From Microbacterium sp. (GTDB lineage Bacteria; Actinomycetota; Actinomycetes; Actinomycetales; Microbacteriaceae): a stretch of DNA of 64,000 bases. The position numbers and the translations under genes were made by a program. This document shows, piece after piece, positions 28,393 to 37,060 of this stretch. The stretch spans positions 1,448 through 65,447 of the forward strand of contig DQHP01000176.1 in the NCBI GenBank assembly GCA_003524435.1, given 5' to 3'. Within the stretch, counting starts at the first letter, position 1; the number at the start of each line of letters is the position of its first letter. The notes under the pieces are model-generated. The model was given only the letters and a program-made list of their open reading frames with translations. It was not told the DNA's origin and ran no database searches.

Positions 28393-28428
28393 GCGAATGC
28401 CCCGGCCGAATTCGACCGGGGCATTCGC
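28393..28428 (-). terminator. Terminator of the 28444-29217 gene
   Basis: GCGAATGCCCCGG-ccgaattcga-CCGGGGCATTCGC. Confidence 0.75.
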
Positions 28429-28443
28429 TCTGAATATTGAGGC

Positions 28444-29217
28444 TTATGCCTCGCTCATGGCCTGCTTAACCTGCTGGCCCTTAGCTGCGTAGTAAGCCGC
28501 ACGAGCAGCATCCTTGCGGGCCTGCTCGGCGTAGCCAGCCTCGAGGACATCTTGCGCAACCTCGTAGTTTGCGACCTGGTCCGTGCCGTTGTACTTCGCG
28601 ATGTAGGCATCGAGCTCGGGGCCCGACGTCCACGACGTGATGAGGTTATAGCGCGGCTCAGAGCCCGTGTGTGTCGCAGCGTGCCAGAGACGCTGCGTGT
28701 CGACGATAAGCTGCGCGCCAGCGGGAAGCGCGATGCGCACCTCTCCCGCTGGGTCAGTACGGTTCTCGCGAAGGACAAAGAAGCTGTCCTTGTCGTCAGT
28801 GAGGTTGAAGAAGCCACGAACAACCCAGCCCGTGCCGTCGGGATTGAGACGGTTGTTGTCGTCCTGGTGCAGGTTGTAGAGGCACTCACCGTACGGAGTG
28901 GGCTGCAGTTCGATCACGCGGCAACGGCCGACATTTGCACCTGGCTCCTGCGCACGACGCGTGAGATTCGGGGCTTTCGCGGTCTGCGAGTCAATCCAGA
29001 CGCCATCCTTGTCAGTGCGCGGTGGCTTGTGGTTCCAGAAGCCATTGCACTCGATGTCGCCGAAGGCGCTTGCCAGCGGCGCGAAACGAGTGTCGCCGGA
29101 TGACTTCCAGTCGTTGTACTCGATATCCAGCCACTCTTTAGGATCAAGTTCCTGGTTGTAGCTGTCAAGAACGACAAAACCCTTGTCCTCGAGCGCTTCT
29201 GATTTGATGTATCCCAT
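28444..29217 (-). CDS. Hypothetical protein, probable 2OG/Fe(II)-dependent oxygenase (DSBH) fold
   Basis: HQD...WHA...PRYNLITS spacing; GAAAGGA RBS; own terminator. Confidence 0.8.
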   Translation of the reverse strand: MGYIKSEALEDKGFVVLDSYNQELDPKEWLDIEYNDWKSSGDTRFAPLASAFGDIECNGFWNHKPPRTDKDGVWIDSQTAKAPNLTRRAQEPGANVGRCRVIELQPTPYGECLYNLHQDDNNRLNPDGTGWVVRGFFNLTDDKDSFFVLRENRTDPAGEVRIALPAGAQLIVDTQRLWHAATHTGSEPRYNLITSWTSGPELDAYIAKYNGTDQVANYEVAQDVLEAGYAEQARKDAARAAYYAAKGQQVKQAMSEA

Positions 29218-29269
29218 GATCTAGGTCATGTCCTTTCATCGGGGGCCAGCACGTTTTAACAAGCCCTGA

Positions 29270-29288
29270 TAAGGCAAGCCTAACATCG
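29270..29288. promoter_or_regulatory. IdeR/DtxR-like iron box
   Basis: TAAGGCAAGCCTAACATCG matches TWAGGTWAGSCTWACCTWA at 15/19 positions and overlaps a minus-strand TAGGCT -10. Confidence 0.6.
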
Positions 29289-29393
29289 TGTTTCAGGTAC
29301 TCCCCGAGACACGGCGATGCGGCTTCGTCCGCGACTAGACTCGATATCGGCGGAGCGCATACGTGCGCCGCCGTGAGGAGCAAGAGCGAGAAT

Positions 29394-31391
29394 ATGGCAA
29401 CGGCCACCAACGTCGAAGCAACCGCCGTCAACACGATCGAATGGCTTTCGTCTCCCGGCACGTCAATCGTCGTCCCGGTGTATCAGCGCCAGTACCGCTG
29501 GGATATCGGCGGCTGTGAACGATTGCTCTCTGACGTGCGCGCAGTTGCGGCCCAAGGTGAGACGAATCGGCATTTCATTGGCTCGATACTTTCGGCGCAG
29601 GATGCCTCCGATTCAGACCTAATCCTCATCGACGGCCAGCAGCGCATCACCACGCTCATGCTTTTAGTCGCGGCTCTTCACCATGCCGTGCGCGACAGCG
29701 ACCCGGTGATGGCCACAGAACTGGAAAGAGTGCTGGTGCGCGCAGAGGATCCCTCCCGCACTAAACTGCGTCCTCACCACGCCTGGGCAGAACTGTACGA
29801 ATCTGTTGTGCTGGACAGACGCGACGACGCCGACCGTGAATCACGCTTCGACGACAACTACGCTTTTTTTCGAAGCCAAGTGCATGCCGATGAGGCTCCC
29901 CGCATCTGGAGTGGTCTACAGCGCCTCGAGCATGTCTCGATCACGCTGGGTGCAGCGGCCAACGCGCAGCAGATCTTTGAAAGCTTGAACTCGACCGGCG
30001 AGCCATTGCGCGATCACGAGCTCATCCACAATTACATCCTGATGGGACTCACGCACGCAGAGCAGCTCGATGTGGAAGAGCGCTTCTGGCTTCCCATCGA
30101 ACGGCACACCGGCGAAACCATCGGAGCTTTCTGGCGCCACTACCTGGTGATGACAACCGGGCGTGAGGTTGCAGCGAACGGCGAGCATGGCGTCTACAGC
30201 GCGTTTCGTTCGTCTTTCCCTCGGGTCGACATCACGCATTTGCAGGCGGATGCCGAGACCTGGCGTCATTACGCCGAGATTTACAGCATCCTGCTCAATC
30301 CGGCTCTCGAGAACGACGCCGAAATCCGGCGTCAGCTGGAGCATGTCAACACCTTTGGCAAGTCCGCCTACCCACTCGTCTTGAGTGCATACAGCGACTA
30401 TTCGCGTGGAATAGTCTCTCGCGAAGAGCTCGTTGAGACGCTCGAGTTCGTCCAGGCGCTGTACCTGCGCCGCGCACTGGTGAACCTTCCCACTGTCCGC
30501 CTCATCGCGCGCCTCTGTCGCGCGCGCGCCGAGGGCCGTACCACGCTCATGCGGGCGTTTGCACGCATCACGCCTTCAGACGAACGTGTCGCTGCTGTAC
30601 TCAAGTACAGCGAACTCCCCCACCCTGCATATGTACTCGGACGGATCGAAGGCGTTGAGGACACTTCACAGTTCGATGTGGAGCACATTGTGCCGCTTGT
30701 TCCTGCCGATACGTGGTCCGGCGACGGCACGCGAACATGGAACGAGTACTCAGAGGATGAACAGAACAGCCATCGCGCCCTCGCTCCCACACTGGGAAAT
30801 TTGACCCTCTTAGAACAAGACCTGACAGAGCGCGTCTTTGGTTCTCCCTACCCCCAAAAGCGCGCTGACGCTTACGCCCGCAGCAGGATTCCCGCCACCC
30901 ATGACCTTTCGAACACCGCGTCGTGGGGCACCGCTGCGATTTCACAGCGGACGACACAACTGACGCAGACACTGCTACAGATTTGGGCACGCCCAGCGCT
31001 CCCCGAAATCGACGATGACGGCCTCACACCCGTTCTGGATGCCGTCCGCCGGCGTGGTTGGCCCGCGGGCTGGGATCGCGAATTCGCGTATGTCGAGTAT
31101 CGCGGCGAGCACTGGGAGGTCAAAGACGTCCGTGCGCTCTTTAATCGGGTGTTCCGAAGAGCCTGGACCGATGACCGACCTTCTGCGATCGCGTACAGCG
31201 CACGCCACGGCGGGCCCATCTACGATGAGATGGCATGGAAGGGCCACTGGGACTCACTCGATGAACAGAGCTTCCTCTACATGGGCTGGGATTCCAACTA
31301 CATGATGGGCGCTCTCCAGGGCGTCTTGGAAGAATCAGGGATCGCCGCCGAAGTGTTTGTAAAGTACTCCTACATCGGGGATGTGATGTGA
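29394..31391 (+). CDS. GmrSD-family protein (DUF262 NTPase + DUF1524 HNH-like + extra C-terminal domain)
   Basis: VPVYQRQYRW, LIDGQQRITT, IFESLNSTG, VEHIVP, LGNLTLL. Confidence 0.9.
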   Translation: MATATNVEATAVNTIEWLSSPGTSIVVPVYQRQYRWDIGGCERLLSDVRAVAAQGETNRHFIGSILSAQDASDSDLILIDGQQRITTLMLLVAALHHAVRDSDPVMATELERVLVRAEDPSRTKLRPHHAWAELYESVVLDRRDDADRESRFDDNYAFFRSQVHADEAPRIWSGLQRLEHVSITLGAAANAQQIFESLNSTGEPLRDHELIHNYILMGLTHAEQLDVEERFWLPIERHTGETIGAFWRHYLVMTTGREVAANGEHGVYSAFRSSFPRVDITHLQADAETWRHYAEIYSILLNPALENDAEIRRQLEHVNTFGKSAYPLVLSAYSDYSRGIVSREELVETLEFVQALYLRRALVNLPTVRLIARLCRARAEGRTTLMRAFARITPSDERVAAVLKYSELPHPAYVLGRIEGVEDTSQFDVEHIVPLVPADTWSGDGTRTWNEYSEDEQNSHRALAPTLGNLTLLEQDLTERVFGSPYPQKRADAYARSRIPATHDLSNTASWGTAAISQRTTQLTQTLLQIWARPALPEIDDDGLTPVLDAVRRRGWPAGWDREFAYVEYRGEHWEVKDVRALFNRVFRRAWTDDRPSAIAYSARHGGPIYDEMAWKGHWDSLDEQSFLYMGWDSNYMMGALQGVLEESGIAAEVFVKYSYIGDVM

Positions 31392-31690
31392 TGCGCGTAA
31401 AGCCATCCGCTCCAGAACGTACACAAGAGCCGGCCGTTGCCGACCCCTTTGCCGAAGCATTCGAGCAGATTGCCCTGGGGCTTCAGTCTGACGAACCTCA
31501 GCTGTGCGAATGCGACCACGGCGGCGAAGAGGCTTATGAAGCCTGCGGGAGAAAAGCAAAATGGCGGGTCACGATTGACTGCAATTGCGGCGAGAACCAC
31601 CCTCGTGTTGTTGAGCTTCTCTGCGCACGGTGTTTGAAGACCGCACGTCGCGACCTCGGCAAAGAGTCGATCACTGCGCGTCCGCTCTGA
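31391..31690 (+). CDS. Small Cys/His-rich putative zinc-finger protein
   Basis: TGATG overlap with the GmrSD stop; CECDH-x8-C...CNC..H...LCARC; fills the gap to ykoC. Confidence 0.65.
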   Translation: MRVKPSAPERTQEPAVADPFAEAFEQIALGLQSDEPQLCECDHGGEEAYEACGRKAKWRVTIDCNCGENHPRVVELLCARCLKTARRDLGKESITARPL

Positions 31691-31702
31691 CGGAGGCCAG
31701 CT

Positions 31703-32500
31703 TCAAAAAAGCGCGCTGGGACCGCTGAGCACGCCCAACAGCCCTGCAATGGTGATCACTGCGCCCAATACCCCGAGTACGGCGGCGGCGAAGGCGATGT
31801 CAGTCCATTCGACACGCACAGGCTGCCACACGGTTCGTGGCGTCAGACCAAGACCGCGCGATTCAAGAGACTGCGCAACCCGCTCCCCGCGCCGAATCGA
31901 TAGCACCAGGAGCGCGAATGCCGCACGTGCGAATGAAGCCGGAGTTGACCGCACAGCGCCGTTGATCTTGAGTGGAGCACGCACCGCCTGCGCGGCCCGG
32001 ATCTCGCTCCACTGCGACGGCAATTGTTGCAGCATCCGATAGCCGGCCATTAGCGCATAGCTAGGTCGGGCGCCCAATTTCGCATTCTGGTGCAGGCTCG
32101 TCATCAGCGCGAGGCTATCGGTCGTCAGCACGAAACCGGCGGCCAGGATCCCGATGGCCAGGGTCCGCACCGCAAGAGCGGCGCCGATGGTGACGCCCTC
32201 GACCGTAACGCGCAGCGCGCCCTCCTGCCAGAGAATTACTCCGGGCCGGCTCAGCACATTGATGCTGAATACACCGAGCGCGAAAGCAAAGAACGGGAGT
32301 TGCGCACGAAGCACCGTCCCCAGCGACAACCGACCGCCCAGTAGCACCGAGGTCAGGCTGAGCAAGTAGATCACCGTCGGCGTCACGGGATCAAGGACGA
32401 AGAGCAAAGCGAGGCACGCTATGAACAGCACCGCTAATTTTACGGTGGGGTTTCGCTGCGATAGCGCAGAAGGGGCGACGACAACAGTGGCGAACGACAT
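31703..32500 (-). CDS. ykoC: ECF transporter T component (YkoC-like)
   Basis: NPTVKL, TM helices, AQAVRA and LESRG motifs. Confidence 0.85.
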   Translation of the reverse strand: MSFATVVVAPSALSQRNPTVKLAVLFIACLALLFVLDPVTPTVIYLLSLTSVLLGGRLSLGTVLRAQLPFFAFALGVFSINVLSRPGVILWQEGALRVTVEGVTIGAALAVRTLAIGILAAGFVLTTDSLALMTSLHQNAKLGARPSYALMAGYRMLQQLPSQWSEIRAAQAVRAPLKINGAVRSTPASFARAAFALLVLSIRRGERVAQSLESRGLGLTPRTVWQPVRVEWTDIAFAAAVLGVLGAVITIAGLLGVLSGPSALF

Positions 32501-34215
32501 CAGGATGCCATCAGGGCGTCGGTGGCGCCAGCCATATAGAGCTGCCACAGTGCATGCACCGCTCCTGCACTGTCGCTCTCGGCGAGTAGCCATGCCACCA
32601 GAGGCGGCAATTCAAGACCTGCTCGCTGCAACACCTGCGCATCCTGAAGCACGATGCTGGTGGGCCCGTCGGCGACGACCGCGCCATCAGCCAACACGAT
32701 CACGCGGTCAGCGACAGTCGTGACGAAACGCAGATCGTGACTGGAGAACATAATCGCTCGTCCACGCGACGCCTCGTCTCGAAAGATACCGGCAACGGCG
32801 ACTGTGTCGCGCCGATCAAGCCCGAAGGCTGGTTCGTCGGCCAGCAGCACCCGACGACTATCGTGTGCAAGCATTGCCGCCAGGCTGAGCCGTCGCTTCT
32901 CGCCGCCCGAGAGCCGGTAGGGATCGAGGTCAGCGACATGCTCGAGTCGGTACCGGTGCAGTTGCCGGTCAACGATCGCCGCGATGTCCGAGTGGTTTCC
33001 AGTGAGCCCGACGGCGATCTCGTCGCGCACGCGATGAGCTAAGAACTGCAGTTCGGGATGCTGAAACACCATGCTGGGGCGCGATCCAGCTACACTCCCG
33101 GCTAGTGGCAGCAACAGTCCTGCCAGAGTATGCAACAAGGACGACTTGCCAGATCCGTTTGCCCCGAGAAGAGCGACGATCTCGCCCGCATGAACGGTGA
33201 AATCCACGCCGGCGAGAATCGTCTCTACCGCTCGCTTCTCCCGCTTCTTGTGCGGACGCGATCTTGATGAGTGCAGCATCCGATGTCCGACAGCCATGTC
33301 ACGGGCCGACAGGAGCGGTTCACCCTGGCCAGGGCTCGGCGCGCAACCCTGCGCCTGCTTTCGCAGCCAGGCGCGAACCGCTCCGCTGCTGAGGCCGCCC
33401 TCTTCCCCGGAGATCGCGAGTATCTCGGTCTCCAGCGGAAGCCAACAGCCCACTTCATGTAGGCGCACCGCGTGGCTGGCGAGTATCTCCGATGTGGGCC
33501 CACATGCGACTGTCTGTCCACCCTCATCGAGAATCAGCGTGCGTTCGGGCAAGCCATTTGTCCCGTCAGCGCCTGCAAACTCGTCAAGGCGATGTTCGAC
33601 GAGCACCACTGCGGTTCCTCCCTGGGCAGCAGCGGTGCTGATCGCTCTGCGCACCGCGCGAACTCCAGTGGGGTCGAGCATCGACGTTGGCTCATCGAGG
33701 AGGAGTACCCCTGGTCTGGGCGCGAGGGCAGCAGCCAGAGCGACGCGCTGCAGCTCACCGCCTGACAACGTCTCGGTAGCGCGCTCGCGGAGTGCACCAG
33801 CATCCGCTTGTGCCAGCGCCTGATCAATCCTTGCTGATATCTCTGCACGCGGCACCGCATGGTTTTCCAGTGGCAGCGCGACTTCATGCATAACGTGCGC
33901 AAGACAGACTGCGGCGGCAGGGTCTTGTGCCACCATGCCGACCCACCGCGAGCGTTCAGCAACGGATAGCCCGGTGACGTCGGTGCCGTTCAGCCCTACC
34001 TGGCCCTCGAACGCGAGGTTTTGAGAGAACGGGATAACGCCGGTCACCGCCTGCAACAGCGTAGATTTTCCTGATCCTGACGGTCCGATCACGAGCAACC
34101 GCTCCCCGGCGGCGACCGACACTGAAGTATCAGCAAGCAGAATCGCCCGCTTCCCCGGTGCGCGCACACTCGCGTTCGCCAACTGCGCCACTACGTCTCC
34201 AGGCTCAGGAGTCAA
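32500..34215 (-). CDS. ykoD: ECF transporter double ATPase (YkoD-like)
   Basis: Two cassettes: GPSGSGKS/LSGGE/LLLDEPT and GANGSGKS/LSGGE/LLADEP. Start approximate (TTG 34215). Confidence 0.88.
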   Translation of the reverse strand: MTPEPGDVVAQLANASVRAPGKRAILLADTSVSVAAGERLLVIGPSGSGKSTLLQAVTGVIPFSQNLAFEGQVGLNGTDVTGLSVAERSRWVGMVAQDPAAAVCLAHVMHEVALPLENHAVPRAEISARIDQALAQADAGALRERATETLSGGELQRVALAAALAPRPGVLLLDEPTSMLDPTGVRAVRRAISTAAAQGGTAVVLVEHRLDEFAGADGTNGLPERTLILDEGGQTVACGPTSEILASHAVRLHEVGCWLPLETEILAISGEEGGLSSGAVRAWLRKQAQGCAPSPGQGEPLLSARDMAVGHRMLHSSRSRPHKKREKRAVETILAGVDFTVHAGEIVALLGANGSGKSSLLHTLAGLLLPLAGSVAGSRPSMVFQHPELQFLAHRVRDEIAVGLTGNHSDIAAIVDRQLHRYRLEHVADLDPYRLSGGEKRRLSLAAMLAHDSRRVLLADEPAFGLDRRDTVAVAGIFRDEASRGRAIMFSSHDLRFVTTVADRVIVLADGAVVADGPTSIVLQDAQVLQRAGLELPPLVAWLLAESDSAGAVHALWQLYMAGATDALMAS

Positions 34216-34822
34216 AGCGTGCCCGACCGATCGCGAAGTTGTCGACGACACCCGTTCGTGCAAGCGCATCCACGATCACCTTGCCCAGAAGGCCGCCGAG
34301 TACAACGCCCGAGATCACTTGAATTCCCAACCGCAGAAACAGCAGGTCCGTGCCGTACCAGCCGGCGGCGAATGCAGTGTGGACGAATACAAGTCCTGCC
34401 CCCAGGGCACCTGATAGTGCGTAAACGAGCCAGTTAAACCGGCGGTAGCCCGTGAGCGCGAACGGCAACTCACTGCCCAGTCCTTGAATGGCAGCGGAAA
34501 GGAAAAGCAGCGGTCCCACCGCAGAACCGAGGAAGACGACTTCAATCACCGATGCGATGATCTCGGCGGCGACTCCGGCGAACGGTCGGCGGATGATGGC
34601 GGTCGCGATTGGGGCCACGAGCAGCCAGCCACCCAGCAGCACGTGCTGAGTGAGGTCTCCGAACGGCCCTGTGACGAGCGAGAGCGCGATCCAGCCCTGC
34701 ACCAGGACCCAGTAAAGAAACCCGAAGACGATGCCGAGCACAACCAACAGCATGATGTCTTTCAGCTGCCAGGCGAATGGCGAAGATGTCGCGGAGCGGC
34801 GTGATTCTTCTTTGGTCGTCAT
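34205..34822 (-). CDS. ykoE: ECF transporter S component (YkoE, thiamine/HMP)
   Basis: WQLKDIM, IIRRPFAG, QGLGSEL.F..TGYRR, LARTGV. Confidence 0.88.
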   Translation of the reverse strand: MTTKEESRRSATSSPFAWQLKDIMLLVVLGIVFGFLYWVLVQGWIALSLVTGPFGDLTQHVLLGGWLLVAPIATAIIRRPFAGVAAEIIASVIEVVFLGSAVGPLLFLSAAIQGLGSELPFALTGYRRFNWLVYALSGALGAGLVFVHTAFAAGWYGTDLLFLRLGIQVISGVVLGGLLGKVIVDALARTGVVDNFAIGRARFDS

Positions 34823-34825
34823 GGG

Positions 34826-35485
34826 TCAGTCCTCGGTCGTGACGGCTGACGTCGGGCTCGCGATAGAGATGGTCACGTGACTCGTGACGTGTTGCACGCT
34901 GCGTCCGACGAGCATCCAGCCAGCCGCGACCGTGGTAAGCACATCCGCGATGTCGCCCTCAAGCAACGTCGCGTAGTGCTCACTCCGCACGTATGTTTTC
35001 CGTTGCTTCGCGTAGTCGATGGCCGCGTAGATATCGCGCAGGTGATCGGGGGCTTCGCCCGGGCGTCCGCTATCGTCCAGCGGGTACAGAGACCAGTGCG
35101 CGGAAGCGCGGATTCCCGTTGCCGGGATCGTCGGGGCTGGCCCCGCTTGAGCGAGCAGGCCAGGTGTGGTGGTGCAAGTAACCTCGCCAGGGCATCCGCG
35201 CGAGAGCAGCAGGGTCGCCGAGATGTGGTGTCCGCTACGAGCAGCTGCTGCGATCACCGCGGTGACGTATTCAAGTACGCGTTGCTCGGAGCCGCGCACG
35301 AGTGTGCTGACCGGGTCACTCTGCACGGCGAGGTCCGTCGCATCTGCGCTGGCGAGAGCGTCCAAGATAATGCGAGCGAAGTCGGCGTCCATCACAGCGA
35401 CGGTGAATCGTGCACCGACGCCAAGATCTGCTGGCGTGAGGGCGGCGTCTTCCGGGGCTGGCGTGAGCGTGTGGGCAGAGGTCAT
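34826..35485 (-). CDS. ykoF: YkoF-like thiamine/HMP-binding protein
   Basis: GARFTVAVM, SRGCPGE, WSLYPL, HYAT.LEGD, TISIASPT; first gene after the TPP riboswitch. Confidence 0.85.
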   Translation of the reverse strand: MTSAHTLTPAPEDAALTPADLGVGARFTVAVMDADFARIILDALASADATDLAVQSDPVSTLVRGSEQRVLEYVTAVIAAAARSGHHISATLLLSRGCPGEVTCTTTPGLLAQAGPAPTIPATGIRASAHWSLYPLDDSGRPGEAPDHLRDIYAAIDYAKQRKTYVRSEHYATLLEGDIADVLTTVAAGWMLVGRSVQHVTSHVTISIASPTSAVTTED

Positions 35486-35551
35486 CTTTGGTATGCCTTT
35501 CAGACGGAGACTGGCGTGCACGTCGACGACGAGCACGGAGAAGCCGACTGA

Positions 35552-35653
35552 TCAGGAACGAAGCGCAGGCATGCGACCGGAACCCTCCGGTCGTGAAACA
35601 GGTGCGATCGGTGAGGCAGCCGTGTGACGGCGGTATTGATCGATGACGAGCAT
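35552..35653 (-). CDS. Possible 33-aa leader peptide downstream of the TPP riboswitch
   Basis: ATG 35653 follows GGGAGAGTGAGAG; MLVIDQYRRHTAASPIAPVSRPEGSGRMPALRS*. Confidence 0.35.
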   Translation of the reverse strand: MLVIDQYRRHTAASPIAPVSRPEGSGRMPALRS

Positions 35654-35662
35654 GACGCTCTC

Positions 35663-35755
35663 ACTCTCCCTGCGCTGGCATTATCCAGATCAAGTTCGAC
35701 GGTCGAAGCGTGGTTCGCTTCCTCTCAGCCCGGCTCACCGGGCTCCCGTGTGTTC
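35663..35755 (-). promoter_or_regulatory. TPP riboswitch
   Basis: Minus strand CACGGGAGC...GCTGAGAGG...GACCGTCGAACTTGATCTGGATAATGCCAGCGCAGGGAG; upstream of ykoFEDC. Confidence 0.95.
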
Positions 35756-35785
35756 TCAGCCACTATAGCGGCGATTGATTTTGAG

Positions 35786-35859
35786 TGGGGCGGGCGGGAC
35801 TTGAACCCGCGATCGTTGGGTTATGAGCCCACTGCCTTGACCAGCTTGGCCACCGCCCC
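35786..35859 (-). tRNA. tRNA with CAT anticodon, most likely tRNA-Ile2 (elongator Met not excluded)
   Basis: GGGGCGGTGGCCAAGCTGGTCAAGGCA-GTGGG-CTCATAA-CCCAA...GGTTCAAGTCC..CCGCCCCA; CCA not encoded; no initiator features. Confidence 0.85.
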
Positions 35860-35890
35860 GTGTGAATAATCCTATCGGTGTGTCGGATGT

Positions 35891-36427
35891 TCAGATGGCA
35901 GTGGCTTCGCGATGCACCTGCAAATGCCCACGATAGATCTCGGCGTTCGCGATGAGCGAAGCGCGTTCTTCGTCGCTGAGTTCACGCCGAACTTTTGCCG
36001 GAACGCCAGCGACCAGCGAACCATCAGGGATTTCTGTTCCGCCGAGGATCACCGCGCCTCCGGCAATCAAGCAGCCACGGCCGATCACGGCGCCACTAAG
36101 GACGACGGCGCCCATACCGATCAAAGAGCCATCGCCGATCACGCAGCCGTGGACGACAGCGTTGTGACCGATCGACACGTTCTCCCCGATTCTCACCGGG
36201 TGTCCGTTGTCTACGTGCACAGAAACGTTGTCTTGGACGTTGCTCCCCGCTCCCAGCGTGATCGAATCAGAATCGCCGCGGAGTACGGCGTTGTACCAGA
36301 CACTGGATCCCGGCTCCAGTGTGACCTCGCCGATGAGTCGCGCCCCATCCGCGACGAAGGCATCATCGCTGATGCGCGGGGTTCGACTCGCAAGGGCCAG
36401 GACGGATGCTGATGACGAGATGCTCAT
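35891..36427 (-). CDS. Gamma carbonic anhydrase family protein
   Basis: SVWYNAVLRGD, SNVQDN, VHVD, IGHNAVVHGC hexapeptide repeats, GVPAKV. Confidence 0.93.
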   Translation of the reverse strand: MSISSSASVLALASRTPRISDDAFVADGARLIGEVTLEPGSSVWYNAVLRGDSDSITLGAGSNVQDNVSVHVDNGHPVRIGENVSIGHNAVVHGCVIGDGSLIGMGAVVLSGAVIGRGCLIAGGAVILGGTEIPDGSLVAGVPAKVRRELSDEERASLIANAEIYRGHLQVHREATAI

Positions 36428-36440
36428 GAGGTGAGACTAC

Positions 36441-36472
36441 CCTCACTTCCGCGTGTTTCCGCGGAAGTGAGG
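36441..36472. repeat. Perfect 13-bp inverted repeat in a divergent promoter region
   Basis: CCTCACTTCCGCG-tgtttc-CGCGGAAGTGAGG. Confidence 0.85.
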
Positions 36473-36567
36473 CCTGATAAGCCGAGCCTCAGCTTGCTTG
36501 CGGAATCATTCAGGCGGAGTAGCGTTATACCCATCAGGCACGAAATAGCCGTTCTGGAGGAACGAAA

Positions 36568-37050
36568 ATGAGCAAGGCACAGACCATTTCCACCACAGCC
36601 AGCGACCCGACCGTCGCCGCCGCGGCGGCTCAGTTCCTGTCCCCGGTTGTCCTCGGACTTCAGGCCCTCACGGTCAACGGCAAGCAAGCCCACTGGCATG
36701 TCCGCGGTGCCAACTTCATTGGCGTCCACGAACTGCTTGACACCATCGTCGCAAACGCTGGCGCAGCCGCAGACACCGCAGCAGAGCGAATCGTTGCGCT
36801 TGGACTCCCCATCGATGCACGGTTGAGCGCGGTCGCCGATAAGGTCACCACTGAGGTACCCGCGGGCTTCGCCCAGTCGACCCAGCTGATCCGCAACGTG
36901 ATTGCCGACATCGACGCGATTCTTGTAGACACACGCGCAGCGATTGATGGGCTCGACGAGATCGACCTCACCAGTCAGGACGTCGCCATCGAGATCATGC
37001 GCAACCTCGAGAAGGACCGCTGGTTCCTCGTAGCGCACATCGCTGAATAA
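36568..37050 (+). CDS. dps: Dps ferritin-like DNA protection protein
   Basis: KQAHWHVRGANFIGVHELLD, DTAAERI, EKDRWFL. Confidence 0.95.
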   Translation: MSKAQTISTTASDPTVAAAAAQFLSPVVLGLQALTVNGKQAHWHVRGANFIGVHELLDTIVANAGAAADTAAERIVALGLPIDARLSAVADKVTTEVPAGFAQSTQLIRNVIADIDAILVDTRAAIDGLDEIDLTSQDVAIEIMRNLEKDRWFLVAHIAE

Positions 37051-37060
37051 GTTCCCTCCG

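Noticed and set aside
28444..35859. Integrated element or prophage at the CAT tRNA
   Set aside because: No integrase, phage structural genes or duplicated tRNA 3' end visible; at most a variable region.
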